From: a virus
Taxonomy: Duplodnaviria > Heunggongvirae > Uroviricota > Caudoviricetes
IMG/VR virus record: IMGVR_UViG_2711768032_000005
Length of the DNA: 25,905 bases
Strand: one strand, 5' to 3'
Shown: in pieces, positions 6,632 through 16,040 of the stretch
Layout of the letters: each line of letters opens with the position of its first letter
Position numbering within the stretch: position 1 is the stretch's first letter
Notes under the pieces: generated by a model
Seen by the model: only the letters and a program-made list of their open reading frames with translations
Database searches by the model: none
Told to the model about the DNA's origin: nothing
Program-made: the position numbers and the translations under genes

Positions 6632-9226
6632 TTAGGCGGCGATGTTGATGTTATTTTTATATTTTAAGAGGGCGCTTTCTGGAACTGCTGGCCAGGCTGA
6701 GTATCTATAATAGTTCATATAATCTTTCTCTATCAGTCTCTTTAACTGTTTGTTAGCCTGAACTTCATCGTCAAGTAAAAAGAATGCACACATGGATGTA
6801 GCCCCTTTTGAATTATTATGTGCTAAAACTGAATTTATCTCATTCTTTTTAATGTCTTGTCTTTGTTTTTTCTTGGCAACTTCCCTATTGATTATTAAAA
6901 CATCTTTCTCTCTGTAATCTTTGATTTTTTCAAGATTTTCATTAGTTATTTTAATTGTTTCTTTATAGTTTCCTGCAAGAAGGTTAGTATAAGATTTTCC
7001 TAAGATATAATCACTAAACCCGTAACCTTTCTCATAAGCTTCATCAAGAAGAATTATCGCTTTTTCATAATCGCCGTTTAAAGATGCAATATCAGATTTT
7101 AATTTCAAAATGGTTATTTCTGATTTATTTCTTGGCAGGCTGTCAATAAACTCCTCTGCCAATTTGATGTTGTTTTTATCAATTAGCAATATGTCTATAA
7201 TACTGTCTGTATGATTATTCTTCCACGGACAATTCATGGCTTCTTTGGCTAATTCAATGCCAGCTTTGATGTCTCTGTTGCAGCCTATCTCATATCGAGC
7301 TTTAAATATAATGAAAGGAGCAATTCTTGCAATGTCGCCCTCTTCTTCATATTTATCAATAAAGTCTTTCATCAAGCCGGGAGTGTTTTCGTCAAAGTCT
7401 GTTTCAAATAAAGATAGATGCAGTTGTGTTAAATATTTTAATATATTTCTCTTTTTATTTTTTGATGATGTTTTGTAAACGTTGGATAATTTATCTATGC
7501 ACAATAATGCCTCTTCTTTTTTTTGCAATGCGCAGGTGAAATCAGTATATAACGACAAATATGTATCGTGAGTAGGGTTAACATCTTTTATTTTATCAAG
7601 TAGTTCTTGTATTGATTTGTTACAATCTTTCTTATCATAGCTTGATTGATGTTTTGTCTTTATCGCGTCATATTTTATTCTCCATGCAATATTATCCAGA
7701 TTACTGCTTTGGAGTAAACTTTTATCAATTAAATCATGTATTTCATCAAAGGTTATTAATTCCTCATCATGATTTTCTAGATGTAGAATAGCAATTCTGC
7801 TTAAATGATTCTTAAGATTTATGCTATATGGGAATTTTTCTAGCAATCCCTTTAGGTAATGTATTTTTTCATTTAGATCTGTGAATATGTTTGTCCTTGA
7901 TAGGGCGTAATTTATATTAAATTCATCAAGAGCTATGAGTTTATCACTAATTTCTAATGCTGACTTTGTGTCTTTTTGTTCTTCTTTTATTTCAATTAGC
8001 CTACGTAGATATTTAGATTTTATATTGTCACTATCAGCGTTATTGATTAAATCATTCAGTTTTGACTCTGCGTTTGAATAATTTTTATTTCTAATGAGGT
8101 TGTCAATGTATAACAAATTCTTAAAATCTTCTTCGGGAATTTTTTGTTCGTCTAAATCACTTTGGGATAGCTCGTTTATTAATGATGATATGTCATGTGT
8201 TAGAGTGTGTTTTTTTAATTTTGAGAGGTCAGATTTGATAATGTTATTTTTAGATAAGCTGTACTCATCTGTTATAAAGTTTTGAATCATCATCTCTCTT
8301 TTTGTGGATTTTTGATTCCCTCCAAAAGAGAGTGTGCAGCCTAATTCAAGGGCTAGTTCTGCCATTAATTCATCAAAGCCTTCTATTTCTACCCAATAAA
8401 CTTTCTCTTGACCTAGAAGCCTAATTAGTTCTGGTGGGATGGCGTCATTTTGTCTTACGCACCAATATACCCCATTCCGTAGGTAATCGTCCTGTTTTAA
8501 TAAATGTTTTAAAACATCCATGATAGAGCTGTCATTGCCAGCATAACCAACAAAAATAACCCCGTATTCTTTAGTGAATTCAGTTAGTTTTTCACGAGTG
8601 TTACCTTCTAATGACTCGGTTTCTTTTAAAGAGCTTTTTATGCTATCAAATAGATAATCACCATGTAATTTTATTATTTTTGGTCTTGAAGAAGTAATTG
8701 AGACGCCTTTAATTGATGAGTCATGTGCGCATAATAATGGTCTGTCAGAAGAAAATTGATAAAATGCTTCATTTATTAAATCGTCAAAATTTGTTGTGAA
8801 GACAGTATCAAAAAACTTTGATTCAAATAGTTCAACGAGATAAGCATATCCAATTGAAGGTAATTTTTTGTCTACTTGAAGCTCAACAAATCTTCTGCGT
8901 TGAGATGGGAGATCAAATTTCTTTTCAAAAAGAGAGGAGTATTCATTGTTTGGGTCGTACCAGACTGGATGGTTTTTGGATAGCCATTTTTTAGCTTCTT
9001 CGGCATCGATATATTCTTTATTGGATAGTCTTGTGTATATCTCTTCTCTCCATGTTGCAACTAACTCTTGACCAGTTTTTATTCCTGATGTAACGGATGC
9101 ACCAGCACCAAGAAAGAGTGAATAGTTAGGTGATGTACCTGATTTGATTTTTATATAATCTGCTAAATCTTTAACTGTTCTTTTTTTGGCAACCAGTTGT
9201 TCCTTGGTAGTATCACGATCAGACAT
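6632..9226 (-). CDS. SIR2-like (sirtuin-type NADase) domain protein with long helical C-terminal region; candidate anti-phage defence effector
   Basis: 864 aa; ATG at 9226 with strong GGAGGG RBS. N-terminal 300 aa carry SIR2-type motifs FLGAGAS (37-44), TTNFD (Asn146, codon 8789-8791), KLHGD (His188, codon 8663-8665), GYAGND; Asn-His spacing of 42 is similar to ThsA and DSR2. AT-rich, unlike flanking phage genes. Confidence 0.8.
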   Translation of the reverse strand: MSDRDTTKEQLVAKKRTVKDLADYIKIKSGTSPNYSLFLGAGASVTSGIKTGQELVATWREEIYTRLSNKEYIDAEEAKKWLSKNHPVWYDPNNEYSSLFEKKFDLPSQRRRFVELQVDKKLPSIGYAYLVELFESKFFDTVFTTNFDDLINEAFYQFSSDRPLLCAHDSSIKGVSITSSRPKIIKLHGDYLFDSIKSSLKETESLEGNTREKLTEFTKEYGVIFVGYAGNDSSIMDVLKHLLKQDDYLRNGVYWCVRQNDAIPPELIRLLGQEKVYWVEIEGFDELMAELALELGCTLSFGGNQKSTKREMMIQNFITDEYSLSKNNIIKSDLSKLKKHTLTHDISSLINELSQSDLDEQKIPEEDFKNLLYIDNLIRNKNYSNAESKLNDLINNADSDNIKSKYLRRLIEIKEEQKDTKSALEISDKLIALDEFNINYALSRTNIFTDLNEKIHYLKGLLEKFPYSINLKNHLSRIAILHLENHDEELITFDEIHDLIDKSLLQSSNLDNIAWRIKYDAIKTKHQSSYDKKDCNKSIQELLDKIKDVNPTHDTYLSLYTDFTCALQKKEEALLCIDKLSNVYKTSSKNKKRNILKYLTQLHLSLFETDFDENTPGLMKDFIDKYEEEGDIARIAPFIIFKARYEIGCNRDIKAGIELAKEAMNCPWKNNHTDSIIDILLIDKNNIKLAEEFIDSLPRNKSEITILKLKSDIASLNGDYEKAIILLDEAYEKGYGFSDYILGKSYTNLLAGNYKETIKITNENLEKIKDYREKDVLIINREVAKKKQRQDIKKNEINSVLAHNNSKGATSMCAFFLLDDEVQANKQLKRLIEKDYMNYYRYSAWPAVPESALLKYKNNINIAA

Positions 9227-9531
9227 TTTCCCTCCATAAATTATGCTGTGTGAAGTAAGAATAATCCTAGGTATGGCTATTTTTACATGAAATTCAATGG
9301 GTTTTCGTTTTTCTTATTTGCATTTTGTGACTGAGATCAAGCTATGAGGGAGAAATACTTTTTTATTGTTCGCTAGAGGCTAATTAGCTTGTACTAATAG
9401 TTTATGATGTACCATAGCGTTGAATGATTTTGCATGCATTTGTCAGATGCTTACTAATGTTGTTATGTCAGAGCTGGTGCGCTTTAGGTTATTTCATGCA
9501 ACTGCATTAAAACCGACCCATGAAGTGGGCG

Positions 9532-9550
9532 GGCGAGGCGGGGAAAGCAC
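9532..9550. other. cos: cos site, P2-type 19-nt cohesive end sequence
   Basis: GGCGAGGCGGGGAAAGCAC matches the P2 cohesive-end sequence as I recall it; lies between the cargo island and portal gene Q, where P2 cos is expected. Recalled, not searched. Confidence 0.6.
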
Positions 9551-9690
9551 TGCGCGCTGGCGGTGGTGCTGATTTTATTTTCCAGCGTCTCAGCGCGTCG
9601 TGACGGCGCTTAGTCTGCCCGTTGGGGGTTGGTGTGTCTGCGGGGTGTTTTGTGCGGTGGTGAGCGAGTGAGGGCGTGATGACGGGGTAT

Positions 9691-9712
9691 AAAAAAGCCG
9701 CCCGCAGGCGGC
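9691..9712 (-). terminator. intrinsic terminator downstream of Q (minus strand)
   Basis: GC stem GCCGCC / GGCGGC with 4-nt loop, followed on the minus strand by a T6 run; begins 5 nt after the Q stop. Confidence 0.5.
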
Positions 9713-9717
9713 GATGT

Positions 9718-10752
9718 TCAGCCGTTGTCAGTGTCCAGTGAGTAGTTTTTAAAGCGGATGACCTCCTGACCGAGCCAGCCGTTTATCTCGCGGATCCTGT
9801 CCTGTAGCGGGATAAGCTCATTGCGGACAAAGACCTTTGCCACTTTCTCAATATCACCCAGCGACCCGACGTTCTCCGGCTTGCCGCCCATCAACTGAAA
9901 GGGGATGCGGTGCGCGTCCAGCAGGTCAGCGGCGCTGGCTTTTTTGATATTAAAAAAATCGTCCTTCGTTGCCACTTCACTGAGCGGGATAATTTTGATG
10001 CCGTCGGCTTTCCCCTGTGGGGCATAGAGAAACAGATTTTTAAAGTTGTTGCGGCCTTTCGACTTCACCATGTTTTCGCGGAGCATTTCGATATCGTTGC
10101 GATCCTGCACGGCATCAGTGACGTACATGATGTATCCGGCATGAGCGCCGTTTTCGTAATACTTGCGGCGGAACAGTGTGGCTGATTCATTCAGCCAGGC
10201 AGAATTAAGGGCGCTGAGATATTCCGGCAGGCCGTACAGCTCCTGATTGATATCCGGCTCCAGCAGGTGAAACACGGAGCCGGGCGTGAAGGCTGTCGGC
10301 TCGTTGAAGGACGGCACCCACCAGTAAACATCCTCCTCCACGCCACGGCGGGTATATTTTGCCGGTGAGGTTTCCAGTCTGATGACCTTACCGGTGGTGC
10401 TGTAACGCTTTTCCAGAAACGCATTACCGAACACCAGAAAATCCAGCACAAAGCGGCTGAAATCCTGTTGCGAAAGCCACGGATGCGGGATAAATGTCGA
10501 GGCCAGAATATTGCGTTTAACGTAAATCGGTGAGCTGTGATGCACGGCAGCACGCAGGCTTTTCGCCAGACCGGTAAAGCTGACCGGCGGCTCATACCAT
10601 CTGCCGTTACTGATGCACTCGACGTAATCCAGAATGTCACGGCGGTCGAGTACCGGCACCGGCTCACCAAAGGTGAAGGCCTCCATTTTCGGGGCGCTGG
10701 CGGTCATTTTTTTTGCCTCAGGTTGCGGTGTTTTCCCTTTTTTCTTGCTCAT
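9718..10752 (-). CDS. Q: portal protein Q-like
   Basis: 344 aa, same length as P2 Q as recalled; start overlaps the P stop (ATGA); opposite orientation to the O-N-M-L block as in P2. Confidence 0.9.
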   Translation of the reverse strand: MSKKKGKTPQPEAKKMTASAPKMEAFTFGEPVPVLDRRDILDYVECISNGRWYEPPVSFTGLAKSLRAAVHHSSPIYVKRNILASTFIPHPWLSQQDFSRFVLDFLVFGNAFLEKRYSTTGKVIRLETSPAKYTRRGVEEDVYWWVPSFNEPTAFTPGSVFHLLEPDINQELYGLPEYLSALNSAWLNESATLFRRKYYENGAHAGYIMYVTDAVQDRNDIEMLRENMVKSKGRNNFKNLFLYAPQGKADGIKIIPLSEVATKDDFFNIKKASAADLLDAHRIPFQLMGGKPENVGSLGDIEKVAKVFVRNELIPLQDRIREINGWLGQEVIRFKNYSLDTDNG

Positions 10753-12524
10753 CAGTAAAACTCCAGAATGGTGGATGTCAGCGGAGTGCTGATACCGGCG
10801 GTGAGTGGCTCATTTAACAGGGCGTGCATGGTTGCCCAGGCGAGGTCGGCGTGGCTGGCTTCCTCGCTGCGGCTGGCCTCATAGGTGGCGCTGCGTCCGC
10901 TGCTGGTCATGGTCTTGCGGATAGCCATAAACGAGCTGGTGATGTCGGTGGCGCTGACGTCATATTCCAGACAGCCACGGCGGATAACGTCTTTTGCCTT
11001 GAGCACCATTGCGGTTTTCATTTCCGGCGTGTAGCGGATATCGCGCGCGGCGGGATAGAACGAGCGCACGAGCTGGAACACGCCGACACCGAGGCCGGTG
11101 GCATCAATACCGATGTATTCGACGTTGTATTTTTCGGTGAGTTTGCGGATGGATTCCGCCTGAGTGGCAAAGTCCATGCCTTTCCACTGGTGACGCTCAA
11201 GTATTCTGAATTTGCCACCGGCCACCACCGGCGGTGCCAGCACCACGCATCCGGCGCTGTCGCCACGGTGTGACGGGTCGTAACCAATCCATACCGGGCG
11301 GGAGCCGAACGGATTCGCGGCAAACGGCGCATAGTCTTCCCATTCTTCCAGCGTGTCGACCATGCAGCGTTGCAGCTCCTCGAACGGGAACACCGACGCC
11401 TTGTCGTCAACAAATTCACACATGAACAGGTTTTTAAAATCGTCGGCGCTGTTTTCACGTTTGAGCTGCTCAATGTCGAACAGCGTGCAGCCACCTTTCA
11501 GGGCGTCCTCAATGGTGACAATCTGCCGCCACTGGCCGTCCGCACAGAGAAGCCCACCGGCAAGGGCGTTATGACTGACGTCGATTTCCACGCGTTCGGC
11601 GGCGCTGGCGCGTCCCCGGTTGAACAGTTCACCTGACCAGAACGGGTAGGCGTCGTGCGCCAGCGTGGACGGGGTGGAGAAATAGGTCGAACGCAGGTGA
11701 CTCTGTGAGGCCATACCTGATGCCACCTTACGCAGTACCTGAAAATTCGGGATCCAGAAAATCTCGTCGACGTACAGGTCGCCGTTATGGCTCTGTGCGG
11801 TGTTGGAGTTGGTGCCGAGAAAAATTAGTTTTGCGCCGTTATTGCCCAGGACAATCGGGTCACCGGTCAGGTCAACGTCAACCAGACGGGCAAAGGCGAT
11901 GATGTATTCGCGGAACACATACGCCTGCGTTTTACTGGCCGACAGAAAAATCTGGTTATGACCGGTTTTCAGGGCGCGCAGCAGCGCCTCGCGGGAAAAA
12001 TAAAACGTCGCGCCAATCTGGCGGGATTTCAGGATATCGCGGATGCGGTGCTCAAGCCCGGCGCGATACCAGTGCAACTGATATTCGAAAGACTGCTCAA
12101 AGAAAATCTGCTCCAGCTTTTCGATGGCCTCGTCACTGAAAAAATTCTTTTTCGGTTTGCGACGCCCGCCTTTGTTGCGGTTAGCGACGTTCGGATTAAG
12201 GTCTGCCTCGTTGCCGGTCTGACTGTAGCGGTTTACCCGTGCCAGTCGTTCAATCTGGCGTCCCAGCAGGTCAATTTCCTTGAAGTCACCGCCGGTTTTC
12301 TGCGGTTTGATGATGAGCTGGGTCAGTCGCGCTTCCAGACTCATTTCGACACGGCTGATGGGGGCAACGCTGTCCCAGCCGTCGCGCTGTTTCCAGCTCT
12401 GCACCGTCGGGCGTTTCATCTGCAACATGGCGGCAATCTGCGGCACGGAAAACCCCTGCCAGTACAGCAGCGCCGCCTGACGACGCGGGTCGTGTAAAAG
12501 AGTGGTGTCTGTGGTGATGGTCAT
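10752..12524 (-). CDS. P: terminase large (ATPase) subunit P-like
   Basis: 590 aa from ATG 12524 (GAGG RBS 6 nt upstream), same length as P2 P as recalled; the track ORF extends 10 codons further upstream. Confidence 0.85.
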   Translation of the reverse strand: MTITTDTTLLHDPRRQAALLYWQGFSVPQIAAMLQMKRPTVQSWKQRDGWDSVAPISRVEMSLEARLTQLIIKPQKTGGDFKEIDLLGRQIERLARVNRYSQTGNEADLNPNVANRNKGGRRKPKKNFFSDEAIEKLEQIFFEQSFEYQLHWYRAGLEHRIRDILKSRQIGATFYFSREALLRALKTGHNQIFLSASKTQAYVFREYIIAFARLVDVDLTGDPIVLGNNGAKLIFLGTNSNTAQSHNGDLYVDEIFWIPNFQVLRKVASGMASQSHLRSTYFSTPSTLAHDAYPFWSGELFNRGRASAAERVEIDVSHNALAGGLLCADGQWRQIVTIEDALKGGCTLFDIEQLKRENSADDFKNLFMCEFVDDKASVFPFEELQRCMVDTLEEWEDYAPFAANPFGSRPVWIGYDPSHRGDSAGCVVLAPPVVAGGKFRILERHQWKGMDFATQAESIRKLTEKYNVEYIGIDATGLGVGVFQLVRSFYPAARDIRYTPEMKTAMVLKAKDVIRRGCLEYDVSATDITSSFMAIRKTMTSSGRSATYEASRSEEASHADLAWATMHALLNEPLTAGISTPLTSTILEFY

Positions 12525-12697
12525 GAATACCTCGCCGTGATGAATACACGGCAAGGCTACTGAGTCGCGCCCCGCGATTCGCTAAGGTGCTGTTGTGTCA
12601 GTGATAAGCCATCCGGGACTGATGGCGGAGGATGCGCATCGTCGGGAAACTGATGCCGACATGTGACTCCTCTAATCACTATTCAGGACTCCTGACA

Positions 12698-13552
12698 ATG
12701 GCAAAAAAAGTCTCAAAATTCTTTCGTATCGGCGTTGAGGGTGACACCTGTGACGGGCGTGTCATCAGTGCGCAGGATATTCAGGAAATGGCCGAAACCT
12801 TTGACCCGCGTGTCTATGGTTGCCGCATTAACCTGGAACATCTGCGCGGCATCCTGCCTGACGGTATTTTTAAGCGTTATGGCGATGTGGTCGAACTGAA
12901 GGCCGAAAAGATTGACGATGATTCGGCGCTGAAAGGCAAATGGGCGCTGTTTGCGAAAATCACCCCGACCGATGACCTTATCGCGATGAACAAGGCCGCG
13001 CAGAAGGTCTATACCTCAATGGAAATTCAGCCGAACTTTGCCAATACCGGCAAATGTTATCTGGTGGGTCTGGCCGTCACCGATGACCCGGCAAGCCTCG
13101 GCACGGAATACCTGGAATTCTGCCGCACGGCAAAACACAACCCTCTGAACCGCTTCAAATTAAGCCCTGAAAACCTGATTTCAGTGGCAACGCCTGTTGA
13201 GCTGGAATTTGAAGACCTGCCTGAAACCGTGTTCACAGCCCTGACCGAAAAGGTGAAATCCATTTTTGGCCGCAAACAGGCCAGCGATGACGCCCGTCTG
13301 AATGACGTGCATGAAGCGGTGACCGCTGTCGCTGAGCATGTGCAGGAAAAACTGAGCGCCACTGAGCAGCGCCTTGCTGAGATGGAAACCGCCTTTTCCG
13401 CACTTAAGCAGGATGTGACTGACAGGGCGGATGAAACCAGTCAGGCATTCACCCGCCTGAAAAACAGTCTCGACCACACCGAAAGTCTGACCCAGCAGCG
13501 CCGCAGTAAAGCCACCGGCGGTGGCGGTGACGCCCTGATGACGAACTGCTAA
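12698..13552 (+). CDS. O: capsid scaffolding protein O-like
   Basis: 284 aa from ATG 12698, same length as P2 O as recalled; the track ORF begins 22 codons upstream; coiled-coil rich C-terminus. Confidence 0.85.
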   Translation: MAKKVSKFFRIGVEGDTCDGRVISAQDIQEMAETFDPRVYGCRINLEHLRGILPDGIFKRYGDVVELKAEKIDDDSALKGKWALFAKITPTDDLIAMNKAAQKVYTSMEIQPNFANTGKCYLVGLAVTDDPASLGTEYLEFCRTAKHNPLNRFKLSPENLISVATPVELEFEDLPETVFTALTEKVKSIFGRKQASDDARLNDVHEAVTAVAEHVQEKLSATEQRLAEMETAFSALKQDVTDRADETSQAFTRLKNSLDHTESLTQQRRSKATGGGGDALMTNC

Positions 13553-13610
13553 CCGGCGTCAGTCAGTCCGGGAAAACCTTCACGATTAACCCTTAATTTC
13601 AGGAAAAACT

Positions 13611-14684
13611 ATGCGCCAGGAAACCCGCTTTAAATTTAATGCCTACCTGTCCCGTGTTGCCGAACTGAACGGCATCGACGCCGGTGATGTGTCGAAAAAA
13701 TTCACCGTTGAACCGTCGGTCACCCAGACCCTGATGAACACCATGCAGGAGTCCTCTGATTTTCTGACCCGCATCAACATTGTGCCGGTCAGCGAAATGA
13801 AAGGGGAAAAAATTGGTATCGGTGTCACCGGCTCCATCGCCAGCACCACCGACACCGCCGGTGGCACCGAGCGTCAGCCGAAGGACTTCTCGAAGCTGGC
13901 GTCTAACAAGTACGAATGCGACCAGATTAACTTCGATTTTTATATCCGCTACAAAACGCTTGACCTGTGGGCGCGTTATCAGGATTTCCAGCTCCGTATC
14001 CGTAACGCCATTATCAAACGCCAGTCCCTTGATTTCATCATGGCCGGTTTTAACGGAGTGAGGCGTGCCGAAACCTCTGACCGTAGCAGCAATCCGATGT
14101 TGCAGGATGTGGCGGTTGGCTGGCTGCAGAAATACCGCAATGAAGCCCCGGCGCGCGTGATGAGCAAGGTCACTGACGAGGAAGGTCGCACCACCTCTGA
14201 GGTTATCCGCGTGGGTAAGGGCGGTGATTATGCCAGCCTTGATGCACTGGTGATGGATGCGACCAACAACCTGATTGAGCCGTGGTATCAGGAAGACCCT
14301 GACCTTGTGGTGATTGTGGGGCGTCAGCTACTGGCGGACAAGTATTTCCCCATCGTCAACAAAGAGCAGGACAACAGCGAAATGCTGGCCGCTGACGTCA
14401 TCATCAGCCAGAAACGCATCGGTAACCTGCCAGCGGTACGCGTCCCGTACTTCCCGGCGGATGCGATGCTCATCACAAAGCTGGAAAACCTGTCCATCTA
14501 CTACATGGATGACAGCCATCGCCGCGTGATTGTGGAAAACCCGAAACTCGACCGCGTGGAGAACTACGAGTCAATGAACATTGATTACGTGGTGGAAGAC
14601 TACGCCGCCGGTTGTCTGGTGGAAAAAATTAAGGTCGGTGATTTCTCCACACCGGCTAAAGCGACCGCAGAGCCGGGAGCGTAA
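13611..14684 (+). CDS. N: major capsid protein N-like
   Basis: 357 aa, same length as P2 N as recalled; AGGAAA RBS; synteny O-N-M. Confidence 0.9.
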   Translation: MRQETRFKFNAYLSRVAELNGIDAGDVSKKFTVEPSVTQTLMNTMQESSDFLTRINIVPVSEMKGEKIGIGVTGSIASTTDTAGGTERQPKDFSKLASNKYECDQINFDFYIRYKTLDLWARYQDFQLRIRNAIIKRQSLDFIMAGFNGVRRAETSDRSSNPMLQDVAVGWLQKYRNEAPARVMSKVTDEEGRTTSEVIRVGKGGDYASLDALVMDATNNLIEPWYQEDPDLVVIVGRQLLADKYFPIVNKEQDNSEMLAADVIISQKRIGNLPAVRVPYFPADAMLITKLENLSIYYMDDSHRRVIVENPKLDRVENYESMNIDYVVEDYAAGCLVEKIKVGDFSTPAKATAEPGA

Positions 14685-14687
14685 CCG

Positions 14688-15431
14688 ATGACGAGTCCCG
14701 CACAGCGCCACATGATGCGGGTCTCGGCAGCGATGACCGCGCAGCGGGAAGCCGCCCCGCTGCGACATGCAACTGTTTATGAGCAGATGCTGGTCAAGCT
14801 GGCCGCAGACCAGCGCACACTGAAAGCGATTTATTCAAAAGAGCTGAAGGCCGCGAAAAAACGCGAACTGCTGCCGTTCTGGTTGCCGTGGGTGAACGGC
14901 GTGCTGGAGCAGGGCAAAGGCGCACAGGATGACATTCTGATGACGGTCATGCTGTGGCGTCTGGATACCGGCGATATTGCCGGTGCGCTGGAGATTGCCC
15001 GTTATGCCCTGAAGTACGGTCTGACCATGCCGGGTAAACACCGCCGTACCCCGCCGTACATGTTCACCGAGGAGGTGGCACTCGCGGCCATGCGCGCTCA
15101 CGCTGCCGGTGAGTCTGTGGATACCCGCCTGCTGACGGACACCCTTGAACTGACTGCCACGGCTGACATGCCTGATGAAGTGCGTGCAAAGCTGCACAAG
15201 ATCACCGGTCTGTTTCTGCGTGACGCTGGTGATGCCGCAGGGGCGCTGGCGCATCTGCAACGTGCGACACAGCTCGACTGTCAGGCAGGCGTCAAAAAAG
15301 AGATTGAACGACTGGAGCGGGAGCTGAAACCGAAGCCGGAGCCGCAGCCAAAAGCGGCCACCCGTACCCCGCGTAAGACCCGGAGCGTGACACCGGCAAA
15401 ACGTGGACGCCCGAAAAAGAAAGCCAGTTAA
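14688..15431 (+). CDS. M: terminase small (endonuclease) subunit M-like
   Basis: 247 aa, same length as P2 M as recalled; basic Lys/Arg-rich C-terminal tail; synteny. Confidence 0.8.
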   Translation: MTSPAQRHMMRVSAAMTAQREAAPLRHATVYEQMLVKLAADQRTLKAIYSKELKAAKKRELLPFWLPWVNGVLEQGKGAQDDILMTVMLWRLDTGDIAGALEIARYALKYGLTMPGKHRRTPPYMFTEEVALAAMRAHAAGESVDTRLLTDTLELTATADMPDEVRAKLHKITGLFLRDAGDAAGALAHLQRATQLDCQAGVKKEIERLERELKPKPEPQPKAATRTPRKTRSVTPAKRGRPKKKAS

Positions 15432-15530
15432 CAACCGAATGCGCCCCGCGCCAGGGCGGCACGCCGGTCAGTGAGAGTGAATCACCTGACACTGTACCGG
15501 CGTCCACCGCCCGACTTTTCAGAGGTAGTC

Positions 15531-16040
15531 ATGATGACGCTGATTATTCCGCGAAAGGAGGCTCCTGTATCCGGTGAGGGTACGGTGGTCATCCCGCAAC
15601 CGGCAGGCGACGAGCCGGTGATTAAAAACACGTTCTTTTTTCCCGATATCGACCCGAAGCGCGTCCGGGAACGTATGCGCCTTGAGCAGACCGTCGCCCC
15701 CGCCCGTCTGCGTGAGGCCATCAAGTCAGGCATGGCTGAAACGAATGCGGAGCTGTACGAGTACCGCGAACAGAAAATTGCCGCCGGTTTTACGCGTCTG
15801 GCGGACGTTCCGGCGGACGACATCGACGGTGAAAGTATCAAAGTTTTTTACTACGAGCGCGCCGTGTGTGCGATGGCGACCGCGTCGCTTTATGAGCGTT
15901 ATCGCGGCGTGGATGCCAGTGCGAAAGGTGACAAGAAGGCTGACAGCATTGACAGCACCATTGATGAACTGTGGCGGGATATGCGCTGGGCGGTGGCGCG
16001 TATCCAGGACAAGCCGCGCTGCATCGTGAGTCAAATCTGA
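15531..16040 (+). CDS. L: head completion protein L-like
   Basis: 169 aa from ATG 15531 (GAGG RBS 5 nt upstream), same length as P2 L as recalled; the track ORF starts 20 codons upstream. Confidence 0.8.
   Translation: MMTLIIPRKEAPVSGEGTVVIPQPAGDEPVIKNTFFFPDIDPKRVRERMRLEQTVAPARLREAIKSGMAETNAELYEYREQKIAAGFTRLADVPADDIDGESIKVFYYERAVCAMATASLYERYRGVDASAKGDKKADSIDSTIDELWRDMRWAVARIQDKPRCIVSQI

Noticed and set aside
7236-7478. Small plus-strand ORFs (also 8094..8285) inside the SIR2-like gene, considered as a second system component
   Set aside because: Antisense within the large ORF, no RBS, Ser/Phe/Leu-rich products of AT-rich antisense frames; the island appears to be single-gene.
10191-10670. 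159-aa minus-strand ORF inside portal gene Q, in another frame
   Set aside because: Lies entirely within a well-supported gene; Arg/Ser/Cys-rich translation typical of spurious frames in GC-rich DNA; no RBS.
11018-11494. 158-aa ORF overlapping terminase gene P, plus several 60-180-aa ORFs antisense to P (10824..11273, 11958..12497 and others)
   Set aside because: Antisense or overlapping frames within a conserved gene; low-complexity Arg/Ala-rich products; no independent start signals.
12555-12697. Search for an exact TGT-N12-ACA late-promoter dyad in the P-O divergent intergenic region
   Set aside because: Only a near match (TGT-N12-CAC at 12662-12679) was found; not reported as a feature.
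14835-15434. 199-aa ORF antisense to terminase small subunit M
   Set aside because: Entirely antisense to a gene of P2-matching length; GC-rich frame artefact.
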